NCBI GenBank assembly: GCA_050944155.1
Contig: JBMNQN010000005.1
Location: forward strand, 7,390 to 71,389
Length of the DNA: 64,000 bases
Source: Candidatus Methanomethylophilaceae archaeon
Lineage (GTDB): Archaea > Thermoplasmatota > Thermoplasmata > Methanomassiliicoccales > Methanomethylophilaceae
Direction: 5' to 3'
This document shows, piece after piece, positions 37,677-46,909 of the stretch. The notes beneath the pieces are model-generated. The model was given only the letters and a program-made list of their open reading frames with translations, was not told where the DNA came from and did not search any database. The position numbers were made by a program, and so were the translations under genes. Every line of letters begins with the position of its first letter. The first letter of the stretch is position 1.

Positions 37677-38687
37677 GTGCCCGCTTTGGAAATACCGGAA
37701 GAGGACGCGTCATCCGTGATACCCATGCTGATTTCTTCCGGAATCGCCGACCGCACCGCAAAAATCTCTTCGAGAGGAAATTACAGAATAGTGCCGATTG
37801 TCAGAGAAAGAATGCCGGACGCGGAAGCGCTGGGATACGGTATGACCGAAACCGAAGCGCATTCTCTGGAAAGAAGAACTCCCATGGAGCGGATTTACGA
37901 CATGCTGGCACATCTTCCTTCCGAGGTCAGGGACAGCCTTCCCAGAAAGTGGGAATACGTGGGAGAAATCGTCATTCTCAAACTCGGTAGTCCGTGCGTT
38001 CCGTACAGAGAAGAAATCGGAAAAGCGTACGCTTCCGTACTCGGAGCGTCGACGGTGTGTGCGGACATCAAAGGAATTTCAGGGGAATTCAGAAGACCCA
38101 GTACCGAAATAATATACGGCAGCACTACGGAATCGGTAAGGCTGGAAAACGGAATACTGTACGATTTCGACGTAACGGAAGTGATGTTTGCTTCCGGAAA
38201 CACGGACGAAAGAATGCGCATGAGAAACACCGACTGCAAGGGGGAAACGGTTGTGGACATGTTCGCGGGAATAGGCTATTTCACGCTCCCCATAGCCAAG
38301 TATTCCGGCGCGAGAAGGGTATTCGCGTGCGAGAAAAATCCCGATTCCTACGGATACCTTCTGAAAAACATAAAACTCAACGGAGTATCCGACACAGTGA
38401 TTCCGATTCTGGGTGACAACCGGTACATTCCCGGGAAGAAATTTGCCGATAGGATACTCATGGGATACGTTCAGAAAACTTCGGAATTCGTTCCCAAAGC
38501 ATTGGAAATGATACGTCCGGGGGGAATAATCCATTACCACGATACTTTCGCGGTCGGAACCCAGGAACGGAGAATAGACGAAATATTTTCCGGACTGTGC
38601 GGATACGAAGTACTGGGTATAAGGGAAGTGAAATCCTTCGCCCCCTCCGTTTCCCATTATGTGGCGGACATCAGAATTTCAGACTGA
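37677..38687 (+). CDS. Trm5/Taw2 (TYW2)-family tRNA methyl/aminocarboxypropyl transferase
   Basis: 336 aa with a Met-10+ like core (VVDMFAGIGYFTLPIA, ACEKNP). Confidence 0.7.
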   Translation: MPALEIPEEDASSVIPMLISSGIADRTAKISSRGNYRIVPIVRERMPDAEALGYGMTETEAHSLERRTPMERIYDMLAHLPSEVRDSLPRKWEYVGEIVILKLGSPCVPYREEIGKAYASVLGASTVCADIKGISGEFRRPSTEIIYGSTTESVRLENGILYDFDVTEVMFASGNTDERMRMRNTDCKGETVVDMFAGIGYFTLPIAKYSGARRVFACEKNPDSYGYLLKNIKLNGVSDTVIPILGDNRYIPGKKFADRILMGYVQKTSEFVPKALEMIRPGGIIHYHDTFAVGTQERRIDEIFSGLCGYEVLGIREVKSFAPSVSHYVADIRISD

Positions 38688-40181
38688 TTCTCCGGAACTG
38701 CAGGCCGTCAGCATAGTGTTCATGTTGCTTCTGTAAGATGCGGGGTCCGATTCTATCAGCATTTTTGCGAAAGGAACCAGATATTCCATGAAACCGGTTT
38801 CTTCCTTCGACATGGTGAAGGGGTATTTCGCCGAAGGATCGCATGCCGCGAGAAACGCCGCGGAAATCGAACGGGAGCGGCTGTCCTTTGCGAAAGAGCG
38901 GTCCAAAGAACCCAGAACGAGTTCCGCGCCTCCGACCTTTGCGGCCTTTGCCAAAGAGTCGCACATAACCGTAATCGGACCGGGTCTGCTGAAGGTCGGC
39001 AGAGCACCGGAAACATCCGCCAGAACATATCTCTTTCTCGCATCCGCCAGAACGTCCGAGGGAACGCTTTTGGAAACGTCTCCCATTTCGGCCGCAATCT
39101 CCGCCGAAGTGCTGAGTTCGATTATTTTGGAGTAATTGTTTTCCCAAAGGGCCGTCAGAGCTTCGTTGGATCTTTCCGTTCTTATGACCACGGGAACGGG
39201 ATTCGCCGACAGGAATCTGCGGAGGGATTCGACATCCTCTGCGGGTCCTTTGAGTTCGGACAGGAATTTTTCCAGATTCGAACCGTAATTCTGTTTTCCT
39301 ATTATGTACGTGGCGTCGCCGCTGCTTTTCAGATCTCCCATTCCGGTTTTCATAACCGATTCTATGAGGCTTCTGTCGGTAGTTTTGCCGGCGGCATACT
39401 TTTTCAGGTCTTCCCCGGTAATCGGAACTCTTCCGTCCTCTCCTTCTTTACGGTACTTGTGTACGACCGCCACCTCGAAATCGTCCAGAGGATCGACGGC
39501 CGATATTCTGGAAATGAGGAACTGAAGGGTGGAAATGTCTTTGGCGCATTCGGAACAGATACGGACTGTTTCGCCGAGGGATTTTATTTTGATACGGACG
39601 GACGCAAGGGCTTCGTGTCCGCAGTCCAATCCGTCGTTTTTGAATTTATACGGTGTTTCGCCGAACGTATCGCAGAGATAATCTTCCGGCATGTTCCTGG
39701 TATCCGAACATACCAGGTCGTCTCCGAAAGAGTAGAGATAAAGGTGGTTTTTCTTGACGAACGTGTTGTAAAGCATCAGGCGCTTTTTCGGGTCGTTGTG
39801 ATACTGACAGCCAATCAGCTTGTCCGCACCCACCGTTCCCCTGACGGCATAAGAAATTTTTTCATCGCCCAGTTTGGCGGTTGCGAGCAGAGGAATGTTT
39901 CCGGCGGCGGCGAGAGAAATCGTTCCCGCATACGCTCTCGCTATGTCGTCTCCGCCTTTCGACGCACTCTTTATCAGCGTATCGGCGTCGCCCGCATGAG
40001 TCGAAATAATATCTATTTCTTTGAAAACTTTGTCGAAATGGCATTTCCTGCAGTTTCCCGCGCACATGGGTCTCAAAATCCCGGGATTCGCCGCCAGCTC
40101 CGAAGAACAATCCAAGAGTTCGTCTTCCAATCTTTTGGAAGTGTGGCGTACACCTCTCATCCTGACGCGTTTCCTTGCCAT
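38679..40181 (-). CDS. uncharacterised 500-aa protein with Cys motifs
   Basis: Long ORF with gene-like codon usage. Basic N-terminus, CAGNCRKCH and CSEC motifs. I recognise no family. It is divergent from the RNase III gene. Confidence 0.6.
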   Translation of the reverse strand: MARKRVRMRGVRHTSKRLEDELLDCSSELAANPGILRPMCAGNCRKCHFDKVFKEIDIISTHAGDADTLIKSASKGGDDIARAYAGTISLAAAGNIPLLATAKLGDEKISYAVRGTVGADKLIGCQYHNDPKKRLMLYNTFVKKNHLYLYSFGDDLVCSDTRNMPEDYLCDTFGETPYKFKNDGLDCGHEALASVRIKIKSLGETVRICSECAKDISTLQFLISRISAVDPLDDFEVAVVHKYRKEGEDGRVPITGEDLKKYAAGKTTDRSLIESVMKTGMGDLKSSGDATYIIGKQNYGSNLEKFLSELKGPAEDVESLRRFLSANPVPVVIRTERSNEALTALWENNYSKIIELSTSAEIAAEMGDVSKSVPSDVLADARKRYVLADVSGALPTFSRPGPITVMCDSLAKAAKVGGAELVLGSLDRSFAKDSRSRSISAAFLAACDPSAKYPFTMSKEETGFMEYLVPFAKMLIESDPASYRSNMNTMLTACSSGESV

Positions 40182-40256
40182 ACAACCTCCAACGGCGAAG
40201 TAGGTAATAATCTGCTTGGTCAGCGGGCTGAAATAATCGGTCGGGGATTACCGTAC

Positions 40257-40754
40257 ATGGATTGTGAGGAACTGCACGAAAGAAACGTAAGGGAGTTCCT
40301 GGCAAAACCCCCGTTCGGATACCGGAACATTCCCTCCGGACAAATCGGACTGTTCGCTTCCGCTTTCGTGCACGACAGCTATTCCAACGAATCGGGAGCA
40401 ATCAGCAACGAACGCCTCGAATTTCTCGGTGACGCGGTTCTGGAACTGGCGGCCTGCCGTTACGTGTACTCCCTGACGGATTACGGCGAAGGAAAAATGA
40501 CCGATTTCAAGCAGAGCATAGTATGCAACCGCAGAATTTCGGAATCTTTGATTTCCTACGGTTTGGATATCGACGGCATAATGATGGTGGGCAACGGTCA
40601 CAGAGATTAGGTTACCGGAATTCCGATTGTGAACGAAAACATGAGGGCGGACGCTTTTGAGGCACTGCTTGCCGCAATATATCTGACGTACGGTTTCGAA
40701 GAAGTTTTCAGAATAGTCCGGGATATTCTGATCGATCCGAAAAGGAACGGTTAA
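40257..40754 (+). CDS. rnc: mini RNase III (no dsRBD) interrupted by an in-frame TAG at 40608-40610
   Basis: ATG 40257 ... NERLEFLGDAVLEL (signature motif) ... GNGHRD-TAG-VTGIP...RADAFEALLAAIYL ... TAA 40752-40754, all in one frame. The alternative reading is a pseudogene. Confidence 0.6.
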
Positions 40755-40794
40755 CTAAGACACGTATATAAAAAGAGAAGGAGATTTCGGGGAC

Positions 40795-41718
40795 GTGACG
40801 GCAGCAGAGAAAACGGCAGAAGACATAAAAAGCATGAAAATCCGCGGTGCGGGGAGAATTGCCCGCGCATCCGCCGCGGCGATGGGAGACTTTGCGGAAA
40901 ATTACACGGGCGGCAGTCTGGAAGATTTCCGTAAAGAAGCCGGGAAGAACGCAGAGATACTCATAGCCTCCCGTCCCACTGCGGTATCCCTCTGGAACGG
41001 CGTCAAAGCGTCGATGAAGGGACTCGAGGACGCTTCCGATCTGAACGAGGCGAAGGAACTCGTACGCAGAAACTCGGAAGCATTCGTCAAAGCCTCGTCC
41101 GAAGCCGTGGACAGGATAGCGAAAATAGGCGCCAAGAGAATCGAATCCGGCGACGTCGTGATGACCCACTGCAACAGCAGTGCGGCTCTGGGCGTAATCA
41201 AGGAAGCGCACAGGCAGGGAAAGGAATTCGAAGTCTACGCGACCGAGTCCCGTCCATGGAGGCAGGGAATACTGACGGTCAGAGAACTTGCCGCCGAAGG
41301 AATCCCCGTCACGATAATCATAGACAGCGCCGTGAGAACCGTTATGAAAAAGACCGACAAAGTTTTCGTGGGAGCCGATACGATAACTTCGCACGGCGCA
41401 CTGGTAAACAAAATCGGGACGTCACAGCTGGCACTTGCTGCCCACGAAGCCCGCGTTCAGTTTTACGTATGCAGCGAAACGTACAAATTTTCGCCTGCGA
41501 CGATTTTCGGAGATCTGGTCACCATAGAAGAAAGAGATACCGGGGAAGTGGTGCGCGACGGAGAGATCCCCGATTCCGTGAAGATATTCAATCCTGTGTT
41601 CGACAGTACTCCGGCGGCATACATCGACGCAATCATAACCGAAGTGGGGGTAATCCACCCCGGCTCCGTTTACGAGATAATGGTCGGACAACTGGGAAGA
41701 AATATATTCGGAGAGTGA
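40795..41718 (+). CDS. ribose-1,5-bisphosphate isomerase (eIF-2B alpha/beta/delta-like, e2b2)
   Basis: 307 aa with a GTG start. IKSMKIRGAGRIARA, SRPTAVSL and GADTITSHGALVNKIGT. It is followed directly by form III RuBisCO and AMP phosphorylase. Confidence 0.8.
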   Translation: MTAAEKTAEDIKSMKIRGAGRIARASAAAMGDFAENYTGGSLEDFRKEAGKNAEILIASRPTAVSLWNGVKASMKGLEDASDLNEAKELVRRNSEAFVKASSEAVDRIAKIGAKRIESGDVVMTHCNSSAALGVIKEAHRQGKEFEVYATESRPWRQGILTVRELAAEGIPVTIIIDSAVRTVMKKTDKVFVGADTITSHGALVNKIGTSQLALAAHEARVQFYVCSETYKFSPATIFGDLVTIEERDTGEVVRDGEIPDSVKIFNPVFDSTPAAYIDAIITEVGVIHPGSVYEIMVGQLGRNIFGE

Positions 41719-41722
41719 AAAT

Positions 41723-42964
41723 ATGACGGAATATTCTTATCTGCATTTGGGAGACGAAGCGGACCCGCATACCGACGTGGTCTGCAGATATAAAGTAACA
41801 ACCGACCTGCCAATCGAAAAGGCGGCGGAAGCCATAGCGGCGGAACAGTCCACCGGAACGTGGACGGGAATATCGACCCTCACGGGCTCCATTCTGGAAA
41901 AGTACGGCGCAAGAGTTCTTGCCATAGAGGGAAACGAAGTAACCGTGGCGTTCCCGGACGCGGATTTCAGCATCGATGTGGGAGGAGTTCCGCAGATACT
42001 CAGCGTCATTGCGGGAAACCTCTTCGGCCTGGAAGCGCTGAAAGGCGTAAGGCTCGAAGACGTCGAATTTCCGACGAGCATAAAGTCCCAGTACAAAGGT
42101 CCCAGGTTCGGAGACGAAGGACTCCGTAAAATACTGAACAGACCCGAGAAGCCGCTTATCGGAACCATAGTCAAACCGAAGATAGGGCTTTCTCCGAAGG
42201 AAACCGCCAAGTACGTTTACGAAGCGGGCGCGGGAGGGCTCACCAACGGCAAGGACGACGAGACGCTCGTGAATCAGAAATTCTGTCCCATGCAGGACCG
42301 TACCGTCGCAATCGCCGAATCCCTGGACAGACTGGCGTCAGAGGGCCACAGAATGATTCACGCAATCAACGTGAGCACAAACGGCGACAAAATTCTGGAA
42401 GTCGCGGAAAAAGCTCAGGAATGGGGAGCCTCGCAACTCATGGTGGACGTTATCACCTGCGGATTCGGAGCGGTTCAGGCTCTGGCCGAAGACCCGTCGA
42501 TAAAGGTCCCGATTCACGTTCACAGAACCATGCACGGAGCCATGACCAAAAATCTGGACCACGGAATCGCCATGCTTCCTATGGTGAAACTGGTAAGAAT
42601 GTGCGGAGGAGACGCTCTCCACATAGGAACCCTCGGAGCCGGAAAGATGACCGGCGACGTGAAAGGCGACCACGACAACCTGGACGCATGCCTCGATCCG
42701 TCCCAGCCCTACAGAAAAGTCATGCCCGTATGTTCCGGCGGAGTTTATCCCGGAATGCTGGAGAAGATGGTGAAATCTTCCGGATTCAACGTTCAGATAC
42801 AGGCGGGAGGAGGCGTTGCCGGCCATCCCGGAGGAGTGAGAAAGGGCGCAATGGCAATGAGCCAGGCGATAGATTCCATATTCGACGGAATCCCCCTGAA
42901 AGAATACGCAAAAACCCACAAAGAGCTGTCTCAGGCTCTCGACAAATGGGGACTGAAAGAATGA
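41723..42964 (+). CDS. rbcL: ribulose-bisphosphate carboxylase, form III large subunit
   Basis: 413 aa with GTIVKPKIGLSP, GGLTNGKDDETL (KDDE), HVHRTMHGA and GGGVAGHPGG. Confidence 0.9.
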   Translation: MTEYSYLHLGDEADPHTDVVCRYKVTTDLPIEKAAEAIAAEQSTGTWTGISTLTGSILEKYGARVLAIEGNEVTVAFPDADFSIDVGGVPQILSVIAGNLFGLEALKGVRLEDVEFPTSIKSQYKGPRFGDEGLRKILNRPEKPLIGTIVKPKIGLSPKETAKYVYEAGAGGLTNGKDDETLVNQKFCPMQDRTVAIAESLDRLASEGHRMIHAINVSTNGDKILEVAEKAQEWGASQLMVDVITCGFGAVQALAEDPSIKVPIHVHRTMHGAMTKNLDHGIAMLPMVKLVRMCGGDALHIGTLGAGKMTGDVKGDHDNLDACLDPSQPYRKVMPVCSGGVYPGMLEKMVKSSGFNVQIQAGGGVAGHPGGVRKGAMAMSQAIDSIFDGIPLKEYAKTHKELSQALDKWGLKE

Positions 42965-44475
42965 AGCTTAAAGTGAAATATTACGACCTGGACTCGTCCG
43001 AACCCACGGTACTGCTCCATGACGACGACTGCATAGAAATCGGAGTCAAAGAGAACGACAGGGTGAAGATAGTCAACGGAAAAGGAATGGCCAGGGCTTT
43101 GGTCAGCAGATCCGACACCCTTGTTGAAAAGGGAACTATTATGATGCCCGGAAATCTGATGAAGATTACCGGTTCGGAGGAAGGCGACACCGTAGACGTC
43201 GATTACGCTTCGGCACCGGAATCCGTGAGAACCATCCGCAAGAAAATGGATGGTCTGGCACTTACCGACGACGAGATTCACGGCGTAGTTATGGACATAC
43301 TGGAAAACAAGCTCTCCAAAATCGAAGTATCCGCCTGGCTCACCGCCCTCTACATAAACGGAATGAACATCGACGAGATTGCCGACTTTGCGTCTTCCAT
43401 GGTGGACACGGGAGAACGCATAATCTTCGACAGAAAACCCGTATTCGACTTCCACAGCATGGGCGGAGTTCCCGGAAACAAGGTGACCCCGATAGTGGTT
43501 TCCATAGTCGCCGCCGCGGGACTCATGCTTCCGAAAACGTCCTCCCGTGCGATAAGCAGCGCATGCGGAACTTCCGATTTCGTGGAAACTTTCTGCGATG
43601 TGGCTCTTTCCGCCGAACGTCTCAAAGACATCGGAGAACGCGTCGGAGGAACTCTGGCCTGGGGCGGAGCGATCAATCTGGCACCGGTGGACGACATCGT
43701 CATTAAAATCGAACATCCGCTGGGAATAAACCCCAGACCCCAGATGCTTGCGTCGATACTCAGCAAAAAAATGGCAATCGGTGCGGAGTATCTTCTCATG
43801 GACATTCCCATGGGAGCGGGTACGAAAGTTCCCGACATAGAGACGGCACGTGCGTACGCCAGGGATTTCATGGATCTGGGCGAGAAGCTCGGTATGCACA
43901 TAGAGTGCGCAATCACTTACGCGGACCAGCCTGTAGGAAACGCCATAGGCCCCAATCTGGAAGCCCGGGAATGCATCCGCATACTGGAAGGAGACCCGCA
44001 CCCAGCCAGCGTTGCTGAGAAAGCCTGCGACCTGGCCGGAATAATTCTGGAAATGGGAGGAATACGCGAAGGAAAGACAAGAGCCAGAGAGCTGCTTGCA
44101 TCCGGCGCGGCCATGAAGAAATTCAGAGAAATCGTTAAGGCTCAGGGCGGAGACTACGATATCAAATCCGACGACCTGAAACCCGGAAAGTTCAAAACCG
44201 AAATCAAATCGACCAAGAGCGGGTACGTGCACGCGATAAGAAACAAGGATATCGTGGCCATCGCAAAGGCAGCGGGTTCCCCCAACGACAAAGGCGCTGG
44301 ATTGATTCTGTTCCGTAAAAAGGGACAGAGAGTGGAGGCGGGAGACGTCCTCATGGAAATATACGCCGACAACAAGGCGAAACTGGAACGCGCGAAAGAC
44401 CTTGCCGAAAGATACCAGCCGATGGATATCGAAGGAATGCTTCTGAAGCACATCACCGTGCCCAAAGCCAGGTAA
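42961..44475 (+). CDS. deoA: AMP phosphorylase (thymidine-phosphorylase family with N-terminal extension)
   Basis: Starts at internal ATG 42961 (ATGA overlap with the rbcL stop). 504 aa with HSMGGVPGNKVT and SSRAISSACGTSD. Confidence 0.85.
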   Translation: MKLKVKYYDLDSSEPTVLLHDDDCIEIGVKENDRVKIVNGKGMARALVSRSDTLVEKGTIMMPGNLMKITGSEEGDTVDVDYASAPESVRTIRKKMDGLALTDDEIHGVVMDILENKLSKIEVSAWLTALYINGMNIDEIADFASSMVDTGERIIFDRKPVFDFHSMGGVPGNKVTPIVVSIVAAAGLMLPKTSSRAISSACGTSDFVETFCDVALSAERLKDIGERVGGTLAWGGAINLAPVDDIVIKIEHPLGINPRPQMLASILSKKMAIGAEYLLMDIPMGAGTKVPDIETARAYARDFMDLGEKLGMHIECAITYADQPVGNAIGPNLEARECIRILEGDPHPASVAEKACDLAGIILEMGGIREGKTRARELLASGAAMKKFREIVKAQGGDYDIKSDDLKPGKFKTEIKSTKSGYVHAIRNKDIVAIAKAAGSPNDKGAGLILFRKKGQRVEAGDVLMEIYADNKAKLERAKDLAERYQPMDIEGMLLKHITVPKAR

Positions 44476-44484
44476 AGGGCGGAG

Positions 44485-45294
44485 ATGAGGTATTTCTGTT
44501 TCACCGTGGACGTGGACAGGGATGCCAACATCCCGGTTCCGGGAGAAATCTGCGCCGGGTCCGCGGACAGAGGAAAGGGGATATCGCCCAGATTCGAAGC
44601 TTCTGCGACAGGTCTCGAAATCCTGACGGAACTCCTGGATGAAATCGGCGTTCCCGCGACTTATTTCGCCGAAGGCAGAACCCTGCAGAACGTCGGCGGA
44701 CGCAATCTGATCGGACGCGAAGTGGGCATTCACGGATACGAACACGAGGATTTCACGGGACTGTTCCCTCCGGGAGGAAAAAGGGATGCCGTGACGAAGG
44801 TGATGGATGTCGCGGAAGACATCACGGGCAAAAGACCCAGATGTTCGAGAATGCCTTACATGAAAACATCTCCGGAAGTGCTTTCCATACTTTCGGAAGA
44901 AGGAATCCTTTACGATTCCTCCGTTTACGCTGGACTGGAAAAAAGGATGATTCCGCACCGGGAGGAAGGGGTGACGGAAATACCAGTACCCGTCGGAAAG
45001 GACAAATCGGGAAAGAAAATATACGGATACCTTTGGCCCATGCACGAAAAGAAGCGTCCGTGGGAGGATTACGTAGACGCGGCATCGTTTATGGAAGAAG
45101 GAATTTTCGTTCTCGCAACACACAGCTGGCACATGACGGAATTTTGCGGCGGAGGGAGCATGACGGAAAAATACGCCGCAGAAAATCTCGAAAACGTCAG
45201 GAAAGTTCTCGAAGGAATTCTGGATTCCGGATACGAAGCGAAAACGATTCCCGAAGCCGCAGAAATCTTCGGGGACGGCCGTTCGCGTCCATAA
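44485..45294 (+). CDS. polysaccharide deacetylase (NodB/CE4) family protein
   Basis: 269 aa with FTVDVDRD and HGYEHED-type metal-binding motifs. Starts 9 nt after deoA. Confidence 0.65.
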   Translation: MRYFCFTVDVDRDANIPVPGEICAGSADRGKGISPRFEASATGLEILTELLDEIGVPATYFAEGRTLQNVGGRNLIGREVGIHGYEHEDFTGLFPPGGKRDAVTKVMDVAEDITGKRPRCSRMPYMKTSPEVLSILSEEGILYDSSVYAGLEKRMIPHREEGVTEIPVPVGKDKSGKKIYGYLWPMHEKKRPWEDYVDAASFMEEGIFVLATHSWHMTEFCGGGSMTEKYAAENLENVRKVLEGILDSGYEAKTIPEAAEIFGDGRSRP

Positions 45295-45326
45295 TGAATA
45301 TAAGGGGCAGTTCGTTCTAAGTGCGC

Positions 45327-46223
45327 ATGGTTGCGGAACTTATCTCGGGTAAGGAGATATCTCAGGAAATTTACGGGGAGCTGAGGACAAGGATAGAGAA
45401 CCTCAAATCCAAAGGATTCACTCCCGGTCTTGCGGTTGTGCTCGTGGGCGACGACCCGGCATCCCACACTTATGTGAGAATGAAGGGGAAGAAATGCGAA
45501 GAACTCGGCATGGTTTCCAAAACGATCATTATGCCCGAATCGTCCACCGAAGCGGAAGTTCTCGACACCGTAAAAAAACTCAACGAAGACCCGGAAATCC
45601 ACGGTTTTCTGGTTCAGCTGCCGCTGCCCGGACATATAGACGAAAAGAAAGTCATAAATTCGGTAAATCCGGACAAGGACGTCGACTGTTTCCACCCCTT
45701 TAACGTGGGAAAGATGATGATCGGAGAACCCGACTTCCTTCCCGCGACTCCGGCCGGGGTGCAGCAGATGCTTATCAGGTCCGGAATAGAAACCAAAGGC
45801 AAACATGTCGTAGTAATCGGCCGCAGCAACATCGTGGGAAAACCCATGGCCGCAATCATGATGCAGAAAGGAAAGGGAGCCGATTCCACGGTCACCGTCG
45901 TTCACTCCAAAACGGAGAATATGAAATCGATAACCCTCCAGGCGGATATTCTGGTTGTTGCGATAGGCCGTCCGAAATTCGTAACCGCCGACATGGTCAA
46001 AGAAGGCGCGGTCGTTATAGACGTAGGAACCAACCACATACCGGATCCGACTTCCAAAAAGGGAACGCGTCTTGTCGGTGACGTGGATTTCGAAAACGTT
46101 AAAGAGAAGGTATCGGCGATAACCCCCGTTCCCGGCGGCGTCGGTCCGATGACAATATGCATGCTCATGTCCAACACCGTCGCTGCGGCGGAGAAGGCTT
46201 ACGAGAGGAAGTGTAACGAATGA
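45327..46223 (+). CDS. folD: bifunctional methylenetetrahydrofolate dehydrogenase / methenyl-THF cyclohydrolase
   Basis: LAVVLVGDDPASHTYVRMK, VQLPLP, IGRSNIVGKPMA and PVPGGVGPMT. ATG 45327 is preferred over GTG 45321. Confidence 0.9.
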   Translation: MVAELISGKEISQEIYGELRTRIENLKSKGFTPGLAVVLVGDDPASHTYVRMKGKKCEELGMVSKTIIMPESSTEAEVLDTVKKLNEDPEIHGFLVQLPLPGHIDEKKVINSVNPDKDVDCFHPFNVGKMMIGEPDFLPATPAGVQQMLIRSGIETKGKHVVVIGRSNIVGKPMAAIMMQKGKGADSTVTVVHSKTENMKSITLQADILVVAIGRPKFVTADMVKEGAVVIDVGTNHIPDPTSKKGTRLVGDVDFENVKEKVSAITPVPGGVGPMTICMLMSNTVAAAEKAYERKCNE

Positions 46224-46909
46224 TACGCGAGTGCGAAGAACACGGATATTTCCGTGGCGAAGAGTGCCCGCTCTGCGGAGAAGAAGGCAAATTCATAATG
46301 AGCGACTACGAAGTCGAGAGGCTCGGCAGAAGCATGGCCGCAATCCTCAGACACGCCAACGGCGAACCCAACATGGACATACAGGGCTTCGTCGACATCA
46401 GGGAACTGGTTTCCATGATAAGGGCCAAGGACGAACGCAGGTGGAAATGGCTCAGACCCAGGCACATAGAAGCCATGGTCATGACCGACCCGAAAGGGAG
46501 ATACCAGATTGCGGGAGCAGACGTGAGAGCCACCTACGGTCACACGATTCCCCTGGAACTGGGTCTTTCCACCGAAAACATTCCCGAAGAGCTGTATTAT
46601 CCCGTAACCGAAGAAGAGCTGGAGGACGTAATGGAATCCGGACTCGTACCGGGCGACAGGACTATGGTTCACCTTTCGCTGACGTACGACGATGCGATAG
46701 TGGCCGGTTCGGTTCATTCGGAAGTGCCGATAATAATCGCCGTGGATACGGCTGCCTGTTCCGAAGCGGGTTATCCCATCGGCAGGGCGTCCCGGACGGT
46801 ATTCCTTTGCGATGCAGTTCCGGCCGACTGCATATATGTCGCCGAGGAACCTGAAAACGATTACGGGGAAGAAGACGAAGATTACGAGAACGACGAAGGA
46901 GAAAATTGA
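46220..46909 (+). CDS. kptA: RNA 2'-phosphotransferase (Tpt1/KptA) with N-terminal Zn ribbon and acidic tail
   Basis: 229 aa with CEEHGYFRGEECPLCG, LRH, RATYGHT and VHLS blocks. ATGA overlap with the folD stop. Confidence 0.8.
   Translation: MIRECEEHGYFRGEECPLCGEEGKFIMSDYEVERLGRSMAAILRHANGEPNMDIQGFVDIRELVSMIRAKDERRWKWLRPRHIEAMVMTDPKGRYQIAGADVRATYGHTIPLELGLSTENIPEELYYPVTEEELEDVMESGLVPGDRTMVHLSLTYDDAIVAGSVHSEVPIIIAVDTAACSEAGYPIGRASRTVFLCDAVPADCIYVAEEPENDYGEEDEDYENDEGEN

Noticed and set aside
40611-40754. The distal RNase III fragment as an independent small gene starting at GTG 40629 or ATG 40641.
   Set aside because: It would encode only 37-41 aa carrying half an active site, with no SD. It is in the same frame as the upstream half and contiguous with it across a single TAG.
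41723-42964. RuBisCO as evidence for a Calvin cycle or autotrophic CO2 fixation.
   Set aside because: The sequence and length fit form III. It is sandwiched between the R15P isomerase and AMP phosphorylase genes, and no phosphoribulokinase is present in the window. This fits the nucleotide-salvage pathway instead.
42931-45132. 733-aa minus-strand ORF antisense to deoA and the CE4 gene. Similar antisense ORFs occur at 56753..58948, 17811..19682, 2345..4141, 25717..27306 and 52691..53899.
   Set aside because: Same reasoning: the composition is typical of antisense translation, each lies opposite a confidently identified gene, and none has a plausible start context.
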